This document shows positions 39,729 to 50,900 of a stretch of 64,000 nt of DNA, one piece after another (position 1 is the first letter of the stretch; each line of letters begins with the position of its first letter). The stretch covers positions 21,374-85,373 of the forward strand of contig CAWCNS010000003.1 of the NCBI GenBank assembly GCA_963796965.1, written 5' to 3'. This DNA is from Calditrichia bacterium (GTDB lineage: Bacteria; Calditrichota; Calditrichia; JAJRVZ01). The position numbers and the translations under genes are program-made. Below the pieces are notes generated by a model, which saw only the letters and a program-made list of their open reading frames with translations, was not told where the DNA came from and did no database searches.

Positions 39729-41675
39729 TTATTGAGATTCGCTTCGTTTTATACGCTCGCGGGCAGCATTGATAGCTTCCAAAACTCTTTTATTATATGG
39801 ATGGTCTTTTTCAATGGCCTCCCAAATTTCAATTGCCTGAAAATAACGACCCAACATATATTTTTCAACACCTTCCAGATAGCGGCGTTCTGTATCCGGA
39901 TCCATAGGCTGCAGATCAGCCATGGCCTCTAACTTAGTACGATCATAATATTGTTTGACGAACTGGTTACCCGGATCTTCCGCTAACAAGGCTTCAAACA
40001 GACTTAAAGCCTGATCATATTGACCCACATCATAAAGCATAATACCTTGTTGGATACTTTCCTGTAATTTAACTCTTCCAACAAGCGTGTCAACCTCTTT
40101 TTTAACACCAGGATCATCAATCGCTAGTATACGGGCTTCTGAGAACAATCGCAAGGCTTCAGAGTAATTTTGGCTGCCCATTTCCTGGCGTCCCCGGCGC
40201 ATCAGGGCGTTTAAATCTTCGCTTAATCTGCGTCTGGTCGTCTGAATTGCTGAACGAACCTGCTGATTCTCAGGATCGCGTTCTAAAGCCAGATTAAACT
40301 GGATCAAAGCTTCCGTATATTGCTTTTTATCCAGGAAACGTCGTCCCTCTTCATAATGCTCATTGATAAAGCGAATATCTGATTCTGCCCGATCTTTATC
40401 GAGAGCGGCAAGCACGGCCTGATCCTGCTGACTTTGAAACTCTCCGGCTAACTTGGTATTAGACGAGTCCAACATAATTTTTGAATGTTGGTGGAATGGA
40501 TCCGCCCCAATAACCTGTTGATATTCTACTATAGCATCAAGATACTTATTTTCTTTGAAATAAGCATCTGCTTTTTCAGTATGTTCAGCAATAAATTTTT
40601 GTTTATCCGCTTCCCTGATCTGTGCAGCCAGGGCCTCTTCTTCTTCCTTTTTAAGCTGCATTACAATTTCAAACATCTCATCACGGTTCATACCAAAATT
40701 TACCGTTAGAGAGATGCGGTGAATCGGTGGTAGCAATGCCTCATAACTTGGATTCCCAAAGGCATAATCGATCTGAAACATACTGTATTCCACTCCTGCA
40801 CCAAATGAAATTGAGCTATTATTATAGCCTAATCTGATCTTTCCGATATTTTGATAATTAAATTCAGTACCAAAAAATATCCCTAAATCCGTTGTGGAAC
40901 TTTTATCAAGATCTAAGAGGATATTTAGCCCGGTCCGGCCATCACCAAAGGGAATCTCTTTCATTAAACCAAATCTTAATGCTAATGGCAGGACATCAGT
41001 GATATCACCCTCACGTAACTGTGGCTGAAATAGATTCTGTACATTCAAACCAAAGGACCAGTTTTTGAGTAAGGCAGAAGTTCCAAACTCAGGACGATAT
41101 AAGAGCCCCAAATCCATGCCGATTCCCGTCGCTGCATTATCTCCACTGTATTCAGCCAAAGAGATCCCATACCAGGCCCGGCGGTAAACTTTTAGAGATA
41201 AACCACCGGTTAAATTCCAGGGTAGTTTTAATCCATAACCAAGAAACAGGGCATAGGAATCATATGAAAACGTCGATCCGGTTTCTGATCCGGATAAATC
41301 ATACTCTTCAATCCCCCCTGTTCCAAGACGGGCAATGCCCAGACCAAAGGTACCCAGATCAAGCGTGGGATAGGCATAACCAAGAAAATCATAGAGGCCA
41401 CCCTCCGGCAAGGAGGCATGAAAAAATGTCAGGGATTGTTGATAAATATGGTCCAAACCAGCCGAATTCCAATATAAAGCCGTAGGATCATCGGCCATGG
41501 CCACAAAAGCGTTACCCATTCCCATTGCCCGGGCTCCAAAGCCGAAGGTAAAATTACTCCGGGTTCCTGCCTGGCCATTCCCCTCTTGCGCTGCCGAAAT
41601 TGACGGTAATGCCAGTATCAGACAACCAAGGGTGAGGTAATAAAGTAAATGCCTTGTTTTATTAAATTTTCTCAT
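39729..41675 (-). CDS. PorV/UPF0164-like outer-membrane beta-barrel with C-terminal coiled coil and TPR repeats
   Basis: Signal peptide; FGARAMGMGNAFVAMADDPTALYWNSAGL family motif; barrel ends IDYAF...HRISLTVNFG; then TPR-like units (YLDAIVEYQQVIGADP, YTEALIQFNLALERDP, YDQALSLFEALLAEDP). Confidence 0.85.
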   Translation of the reverse strand: MRKFNKTRHLLYYLTLGCLILALPSISAAQEGNGQAGTRSNFTFGFGARAMGMGNAFVAMADDPTALYWNSAGLDHIYQQSLTFFHASLPEGGLYDFLGYAYPTLDLGTFGLGIARLGTGGIEEYDLSGSETGSTFSYDSYALFLGYGLKLPWNLTGGLSLKVYRRAWYGISLAEYSGDNAATGIGMDLGLLYRPEFGTSALLKNWSFGLNVQNLFQPQLREGDITDVLPLALRFGLMKEIPFGDGRTGLNILLDLDKSSTTDLGIFFGTEFNYQNIGKIRLGYNNSSISFGAGVEYSMFQIDYAFGNPSYEALLPPIHRISLTVNFGMNRDEMFEIVMQLKKEEEEALAAQIREADKQKFIAEHTEKADAYFKENKYLDAIVEYQQVIGADPFHQHSKIMLDSSNTKLAGEFQSQQDQAVLAALDKDRAESDIRFINEHYEEGRRFLDKKQYTEALIQFNLALERDPENQQVRSAIQTTRRRLSEDLNALMRRGRQEMGSQNYSEALRLFSEARILAIDDPGVKKEVDTLVGRVKLQESIQQGIMLYDVGQYDQALSLFEALLAEDPGNQFVKQYYDRTKLEAMADLQPMDPDTERRYLEGVEKYMLGRYFQAIEIWEAIEKDHPYNKRVLEAINAARERIKRSESQ

Positions 41676-41690
41676 ATCTATATACTCAAT

Positions 41691-41717
41691 TTATCGGTTG
41701 ATTTTTCATTTTCTTGA
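41691..41717 (-). promoter_or_regulatory. Sigma28 (FliA/WhiG/SigD)-type promoter upstream of the PorV-TPR / kinase-phosphatase / STAS genes
   Basis: Minus strand TCAA-N15-ACCGATAA versus consensus TAAA-N15-GCCGATAA; ends 15 bp before ATG 41675. Confidence 0.55.
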
Positions 41718-41730
41718 TAAAAACTTTGTT

Positions 41731-41874
41731 CTGGATACTGGATACTTGTCACTCGATGCTCGTTTCTCGTTATTCATGCTCAATATTTTTATGGGATCAA
41801 CAATCCTTTTGACCAGAAATAACAATCCCAATTCCAAAATCGAATCTATCCAGGATCGAGAATCCAGGATCGCC
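41731..41874. repeat. Two oppositely oriented arrays of degenerate heptamer repeats
   Basis: CTGGATA-CTGGATA-CTTGTCA-CTCGATG-CTCGTTT-CTCGTTA (41731-41772) and TATCCAG-GATCGAG-AATCCAG-GATCGCC (41847-41874), roughly reverse-complementary. Confidence 0.7.
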
Positions 41875-41904
41875 TATCTACTCATTAATGGCATAATCTT
41901 ACAC

Positions 41905-44900
41905 TCACTTTATAAACGCTATCTTCTTCGTAAATGTATGCGTTTGTCCCGAAGTACCTCCGGTTACCGCTGTTGTTTTCAAAACACAGAGGTATACGCC
42001 ATTCAGAACCGTATAATCTTTATCATTTTTGCCATACCAACGGTATTGCTCATCATAGAGACCATCATGAACACCGGCGGACTGGTTAGTAAAGTTTCTT
42101 GACCAGACTAATTCACCGACCAGGGTGAAGATATAGATTTCCACATTGGACTGGTCTTCCAGGAAGAAACGGATATTGGCATATTCCTGCACCTTACCAA
42201 AGGGATTCGGATAAGTGATAAAAGCATCTTCCATATTGGTCGGAACAATGGAAATTCTTGCATGTTACCATTCGATTCACTTTCGTCGATCGGTACACCA
42301 TATTCATCAACCGCCTCAAAACTGAATGTCCGATCCACATCATAAGCCCAGACATCTTCAAGACCCAAGACGGAAACTTGGTTCTGAACATCTGATTTGA
42401 AATGAGACCAGGACGGCAATCGTTCGTATCCTCATCTGCAGCCAAGAGCAAGCTCATTTCCTGTCAAATCAATATGCCCAATGGATTATCTGTTGAGTCG
42501 CTCACCTGGACTTCAGCAAAATTTCCATTGGCTGATGGTTTTAGATAATTCGTCAATTGGATATTGAATTCATCAGATAGGATAGCGGAACAATTTTGAT
42601 GGAATCGATCATTTCTGCAATGATACCTGATTGCATCAATTCATCTTCCAGAGGTTCCAGGAATTGCAGAGCAAGAGAATCAATTGTCAATGCAACAGCA
42701 CCAGGTCCAGTAACATTAAAGACTAATACAGGTGTGTTTTTTGCACCTTTTTTAAAATTATTATCAATATGGATACTGATTGCTTTCATCCGGCTCATTA
42801 TCATTATGGCGTCTTCAATTTCTCTGTATGTCTCCTCAGTCACATTAACAACTGTTAATTGCTGTTTGACGACGCTAAGTGCATCCGACCAGGAGCCTTT
42901 ACCACCGGCAACATAAGCATCCTGACTCGTATTGACATCATTAGGTACATCGGTCAGGTTAAAGACAAAACTGCGTGCATTGAGAGCAATATCAGGATGC
43001 TCTGAACGTCCAAATAGATGTGTCCGTAATCGATATGATCCCTTGAATTGAATCGCGGATTCTGACTTCGCCATTTAACATCAATAAGGTCAAACACAGG
43101 ATTATCAAACGTCGCTGTAATTTCCCCATATACCCTCAGTATGCCGGCCATATCTAATTTTACCGGTTGAATCCAGTTCCATCCAGGTCTTAAATACAAA
43201 TTGCTGTGAGCGGGATACGGATTTTGAATCTCCAATCGCAGATGGCGGTGAAATAATTTCTGCGGCTAATTATTACCCGCGGCTTTAGGTTCAACCCGTA
43301 TGTTAATAACCGTATCCATCATTGAGATCTGGCTGTCATTGTTTACATCATATCCGAATGCACCAAAAGTCAGTTGAAAGTTTTCGGCGCTAACAACCGT
43401 ATCAGGCGCTGAAATAACCCATGTCAAATTATTATTTGTCGGAATATTTTGTGATAGAGCGGCCGTTTTGAATCCTTCCGGCAATACCAGGGTTCCAATT
43501 CGATTATAGAGATTACCGGCCAAGCGATGAATCATAAACGGTCCTAATCACAAAAGTCTGACTACTGGAGACCGTTGAATCCCATTCGATGCTGTTTATA
43601 CTAATCGTTGGACTCTGTTCAATCGTAACCGTTCTGATAAGTGTATCAACTAAGGCAGGGGCAGCTCGTCTCGGCATTAATATCATATGGTGTCGATAGA
43701 AGGATGATCTTTAGGTTTTCTTCCTGATTGATACGATCACCCAATCCAGATCCTGCTTCTATAAGATCCTCTGTCATTTGGTTAATTACAGATATTGATT
43801 CCTGGGTTGTATTCGTTTTATTGGCCTGCTCTATATTCGCAGCATATAATTCCTTTGCCAGACTAACCAACTGTTTGCTCGCTCCCTCAATAAATGATCC
43901 GGCACTAATTTCCCAACTTATCAATGAGTCAATTTGGTAAAGTTTAATTGGATCATTATTTACAAGTGAGAAACTTGGGGCATCGGCTAAATCTATTTGA
44001 ATATCCGTGGAACCGCCATTGTAGACACCAGCGGTACCTTGCTTTGATACCCATGCCTGAAGGGTAAAATCCTGGCCTTCGGTGACAGACCAGTCAATGG
44101 CTCCCGGTGGATCTGTTATTGCAACAGCCATATCAACGGTTGCTCTGCTGACCGTTGTAAAGGAGAGAATCTGCGAAACGGCCTCCACAGTTTGGCCACT
44201 ATTGTCATCAACACCACTAAAGCGGACAGATATTAACTCCGGCTGACCCTCGGTGCTCGGCGAATTTGGTGCTATGACGGTCCAATTGATCGAATCTGTA
44301 ATAAGTGGCTTTATGGTAGAATCAACTACCGAATATCCTGCCGGTAGCATAATACGCGCAATTCGATTTGAATCAGCAAGATCGCCCACAAAGTTTACAT
44401 GGGCGGTAATAGAGAATAGTTGCCCGGTAGAGATGGTAAAATCCTTAGCACCTTCTGGCTCAATATCCAAAGGAAGAACGGCAAAAGCAGCCTTTGGCTC
44501 TGTCCTTACCAAAATTCTATCATTATAAGCCGTATCAAGCAATGCCGCCCGGTTGATATTACGATCCAGAGCACTGTCTAATACTGAAATTGTTAAGGTG
44601 TCAAAGGGCAAAACACTAACGTTATTCGCCTGGACTGTCCAGGTTACCGTTGGGCTAATCTGACTAAAAGAGGTATCCGGTTGCGACACCGTATAGTTAG
44701 CCGGAACATTTAGTCTGAGGATTCCCGGATCGTAGGATGCTGTTCCGCTATTATTAAGACTTGCTTCAACGGTAAACGCCTGGCCCGCAGAAACGATACC
44801 GTCCATAGCACCAAGAGGAGCAGATATTTCTGAACTCATCGACAGTAGAACTGGTGTATCAGCAACTATATTTTCGCTGTTGTCGGTCGTTGTAATTGGA

Positions 44901-47900
44901 ATTCTACCACCCGTAGTGGCCGTAAAGGCTGAATCAACACGTACAACATAACGGTAATCACCTGCAGTCGGTAATGTTAGGGTTGTATCCCACATAAACT
45001 GTGCACCAATTCCAATTTCATCAAAAACACGGGTAATATAAGGTGTATCATTCCGTAAGAGCGTCACATGAATAGTCTTTGGCTGTATCAACACCCGTAT
45101 TCGTGAGATTCAGACGGAGGTTAAAAGGCTCATTTATATTGACATTTGGTTTATTTGGTGTTAATGCATCTACCACCAAAATCAGACTGTCGATATTCAG
45201 ACTGGCCGGTCTTATCACCCGTACAGAGTCAAAAAGCGACAAGGTATTCGATGTGTCTACAAAACCCAGGGTTAATTCATCACTAAAGGTTGACTGCGGA
45301 TGAGGTGCAATCATACCGGTATCTGCTTGTGCACCAATAACATATAAGGCATCAAAAGTCAAACTTGCTCCCGGAACTATTCGGGCGGTATTACCATTAC
45401 CTAATTCCGGTGTCAGCGAAGAAAGGACCCAATTATTATTTACATTCAGGCTATCCTGTATTCTGGAAAAACGTTTTAGAATATTGCGTGCTAATGCCGG
45501 TGATTGACCATCGTTACGCAGCGTATATTCAACGCCCACATCTTCCTGTCCCTGCAGCACAACATCATCTATAATATTAATATTAGCAATGGTAATCGTG
45601 GCCGGTATCAGCAATTCCAATGGCTCTACGATCAAGGTATCCCGCAATGTATCCCCATTCACCTGAATTCCAGCTAAATAAGCCAGAAAGGTGTAACTCG
45701 TATCCACGGTCATCGTTGACGGAATTGTTATTGGATTAAAACTGATTACTGAAGAATCCTTTGCCGGAATGATGTAATTTGATGCCAAGCCTGCGCGCAG
45801 GGTATCAATCTCCAGGTAGGATAACGATGGAATTAAAGTCAGGACGGATGAATCGACTTCTGCGATATTCATACTGAATGTAACTTCCTGCCTTGGTACA
45901 ACCTGGGAATGGGATACCGAATTGGGAATATAGACCAGATTTGCACCACTGAATACATTGAACACGGCGATTGGTTCAACGGAGGTTTTGATCAGCGTAC
46001 CACCATCAAGACTGATCTGGCCAAAGACGTCAATGTCATCTAACGGGAAAGTCACCGGTACATCAAAAACAAAAGTCAGATGGTTATCCGGGACCTGATC
46101 TAAAATTGTTAAAGTGTCGGTACGGATCACTGTCGGCTGTGGAACGATATCCAGACCATTCTTCTTGAATATTACCGTTGTACCAGCAGCATCTATCGGT
46201 AATGGGGTTCCATTATTACCGACGATCATATTCACAACGACAGAACTCTGGCCACGAACGACGACATCCGGCACGACACTGCCACCGGCAAAAAAGACAT
46301 CCCCACCGATGGTCACCTGGCCAGCATCTATGATATTATTATAATTCTGACCTGTTGTTGTTCCGACGAGACGTACCCGTACAGCATAATCTGCCGGGGC
46401 AATACCCGTAATGTTTGTACCCTGAAAGGTAATCGTCGTCGAATCACCACCTGCAAGTTTAATAGATGAAGAGGACGATAAACCGATTGAATCATAAGGG
46501 GTTGTCAACAAAGCTAAAGTCGTCCTGGTAGAATCCAGATAGAGATCAGCCTCGCCGTCATTGTATAGACTTACAGTGAATGTAATAGTTGTATCCAGAT
46601 CAAATACAGCTGGCTGTGTTGAACCCTGCCAGGCGATCGGATCTGCCGGTGTTTGTAAATTAAAGGTGGTCTGGAGACTATCTCGGGCCATAGCTTCGGA
46701 GTTCTCGTCGACACCACTTAACTTACCTTCAACCGTTACATCTCCTGTAATAGTTGATGCGGCAGTAATAGCAAACTGTAGCGTATCAGCTGTATTTCCC
46801 GCTACGGAGAATGGTGTACTTTGACCAAGCAAATTTGAAATAAAATTGGCAGGAGGTGAAAAATTTAGACTTGCACTGTTTACTGTAATCGCTGCTGATC
46901 CATTGTTTTGATATACCATGGTTCCTATGACATTATTTTGCCCCTGACTAACCGTATCCGGCGAAACAACTAAACTGAGAATATTTAAACCGGCAGTGGA
47001 TTGCACGACTAATGGACTTGTTGTGCTGGCAGCCGTAACATTCGTCCGCTCATTGTCATTGACATCACGATAGGAAATAGCGCCATCAACCGTATAGGTC
47101 GTGTCTAAGGCATTAGCAATTTACATCAACATCAAAATCGATGGCCTGACTCTGACCAGCCGGCAACATAAAAGGCAGGGTCGGAGGTGTGACTCTGGAA
47201 ATTGTGAAATTCGTATCGACATTCACGCCGCTTAAGAGGAAATTGATATCAACACTGTCTAACTGTGCGCTTGACCTGTAGGCACCGGCTGCATTGGTGA
47301 TGATCACACGACCGCTCAGCCCTGTTTGACCGGCGCTGGCTATGGATGGACTTATTGTCACACTATCCATCGCCACTACAGGACGATCCTGAACCAACCA
47401 GGTATGCGGATTCACTGCCCCATTGATCACAAAGGGATTACTCGTCAATACTTCGGTGGCCACCAATCGGGCATCTACTGTATCCGGTCCGCTGGTAGCT
47501 GTTGCATTAGCATCAACCATAAAACTAAAGGTCGTGTCTGCACCTGCAGCCAGATTGATTCCTGTACCTAAGACCGGACCTGTAACCACATAATTTGTAT
47601 CGCCACTGGCAAAGTTCAGATCCAGACTGTCAACACGGGTTAGCGTGCTGCCCTGGTTGGAAATGCGTACCGTAACAGCTATGCTGTCCTGACCTGCGCT
47701 TATCTGAGTTCTATTTGAGGCAACACGAAGAATACTTACTGATCCCTCTCCACCTACCTGCCACGAGGAGAGATAATCCGAGGTTGTATTCACATTCACA
47801 CCACGGTTGATCTCAACACCTGTAATCGATCCAGCCAATGAATCGGTGCCCAGAGGTGTCGCCGTTGATACATCTACCTGTGCGTATACCGTGTCTATGG

Positions 47901-50900
47901 AATGCCCCGCCAAATCATAAGGAAAGGCCGGTGATACCACTTCTCGGTTATAATAGGTATTACCATTCTTAAAATTAATCGTTACATCGCTGATCCGTGC
48001 TGTTGCTCCGCCCGTATTTCTTATAATTAAGGTATCGGCCACATCATTGTCGCCGCGCAATACCGTAGCCGGATTCAATATCGATACCACCTGCAATACC
48101 GCAGGGGTCTGCAGGGTAAGACTATCAGGCTGCTCGCTGCTTAGCGTATCAACGGAGAAACCGGTGATGCCATCGGTGCCATAGGCAGCCAGATCCAATA
48201 CAATATTACCCGAATCCAGCGGTACTGAAGCTGCCGATAAATTAAACTCGGCTATAAAACTTTGTCCCGAACTAAGTAGCGGTAGATTGGTCGGAAGTGT
48301 ACGTAAGGCACTTAATACAGAATGGCTTTTTGATCCATTAAATAAAAGGGCCAACGAATCGATCTGTACTGAGGCTGCTCCACCATTGCGTACCGCTGCC
48401 TTAACCACAACACCACTCTGACCAAGGGTCATCGTCTCGGTATCCGTAAACACACTATCAACAACCAATAAGCCTTGCGTACCGACATTCCATGTATGGG
48501 TGGTAACCGCACCACTATCTGATGAAACCCGTGAGATATCGTTACCATCATGATAGTTCACAAATCCGTCAAGATCTAAGTTACCTGTAAAGGCCGGGGA
48601 AACATCTACATTAAAGAAAACCGTATCACGACCGCCGGAGACTATACTGTCCGCCAATGAAGCAATAAGAAGGCTGTCGGTAATATTACCTAATGGTATA
48701 TCAAAGATACCGGCACTATCTAAAATAGCCGTCGCCTGACCCTGATTGATCAAACGTAACTCAACAGAGAGATCTTCCTGTCCGCTGTTTACCTGGCTGT
48801 TGGCATTATACACCCGCGTGATCACCAGATCGGCAGGGGTTTGTACATTCCAGCCATCTAAATAAGCAGAAGTCGTTGAACTAACCGAACCCGTACTCAC
48901 ATTACGTCCAAAGACAAAACCACGTAGGGAATCAACACCCGTAGCCGCTGATCCAGTAATATTCACTGTAAAATTATAAATACGATTTGCTCCGGCAGCA
49001 AGCGTATCCGGCAGAGTGGGTGAGGTAATTGTAACCGAATTATTATTGTTCAGAAACTGAATACCAATACTGTCAACGCCAATGATCGCTGCCGTTTCAC
49101 CCGTATTCTCAACCTGCATACTCACCGGCAGATTGGCCTGACCCTGGGTGACCTTTGTGGATGTTGCCACCAAAGAAAGGATATCCAAAGCAGAACCGGA
49201 CTGCACACGCCAGTTTGCATATACGGCCGGATTTTCAGCCTGATAATTTGCGCCACTGTTCACATCACGATAACCGATCACCGTACGGAAGGTATCAGGG
49301 CCTGTGGCCGCTGAAGGAGCTACAACAACATCATATACAAATAGATCCGAATCGCCGCCGGCTATCGTTACCGGAAAACTCTGACCAGAACTCAATGCCA
49401 GCGCATAACTGGAGTTATAGTTAAAGACGATACTATCCCGTGAGCTGATCTGGGCGGAGGCCTCGCCACTATTCACCACCCGGACCGATAGGGTCTGGCC
49501 GGTTTCACCCTGGCTGACAACCGTATCGCTCAACTGAATAGAAGAGGCTAACAGGGTTGCCTGGGATATGATCTGCAATGAGTCCGAAAGAATAATGTCC
49601 TGCGAAACTGTATCGCGGGCAAACAAAGTACCCACCGTATGCAGTCTTAGTTCATATAAACCAGCCATAGCCGATGGCGGAATATTGAAAGACTGGAAAG
49701 TTACCGTCGTTGTATCACCTGAATTTAAAACATAGTTCCCACCAAGATAAGTCCGCACCGTTGGTGCTAATCCTATTTCCAGATAGGTTGAATCAGGAAG
49801 CAATTTAAGATCGACAGATCCGGTCTCATTCAGATCAATGATAAATTGAACCGTCTCATTAGCGACGGCGCTTGTCGGTGTAACAGAATTCGAAGCATAA
49901 ACTATATTGCTGCCACTAATGACATTAAAGGTTGCGTTTGCGCTTGTACTTTGTTTAACTACTGCACTATTGTCTAAACTTATTTGGCCATAAATACCGA
50001 TATCTCCGGTTTCAAAATCTGCCGGTACATTAAACGTATATTCAAGAGCATTATTTGGGATTGATTTTAATACGGTTAATGTGTCGATCCGTTGGAGACT
50101 GTCAACAAAAAGTTCGGTTAAAGCCAAATTTTTAAACAGAATTGTGGTTCCTAAGGTATCAATCGCTAACGGTGTGCCATCATTTCGAACATTTATCAGC
50201 ACGTGAATATTTTTCTCACCCTGATTTACCTGATTAGGTGTTACTACAGCAGTCCCCCAACTGACCTGGCCACCAATATTGATCTGACCGGCAGAAATTG
50301 ACTGGCTAAATGCACTGCCTGTACTTAATCCGTTTAATTCTACCTGCACCGCATAATCGGCCGGACTCACACCTGTGATTAAGGTTTCTCTAAATATGAG
50401 CGAAACGGTATCCCCGCTGGCAACTTTAGTTGGAGAATTCCCCGATAACAAAATATTGCTATATGAGGTGGTCAACAATTTTAGTGCCGTCGTAGCAGAA
50501 TCCAGTTCAATTGCTGCTTCGCCTGAATTAGTTACACTAACGATAAATACGATGGATGTATCTACATCAAAAATTGCCGGTTCGGTAATCCCTGCCCAGG
50601 CAGCATTTGCATTAGTTTGTAGCACCATATTCGATTGTATCGAATCTGTGCCCGTGGTTCCGGAATTGATATCGACTGTGTTGATAACACCGTTTACGAT
50701 AACATCACCAATCAAACTGGTTGGTGTCGTAATGGTATAGGTTAAGGTATCTGTCGTATTTCCGACAATAGTAAATGGCGTGTTTTTACCAATTATACTT
50801 GAGATAAAATCAAGAGCTGTTGGTGTCGTAAATAACTGTGCACTATTTACCTGCAGCGGTGCACTACCGGTATTCTCATAGATCATGGTTCCGGTAACCC

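Noticed and set aside
41698..42102. 134-aa plus-strand ORF
   Set aside because: Made of heptamer-repeat translation (LDTGY..., IQDRESRI) plus the antisense of the adhesin C-terminal domain.
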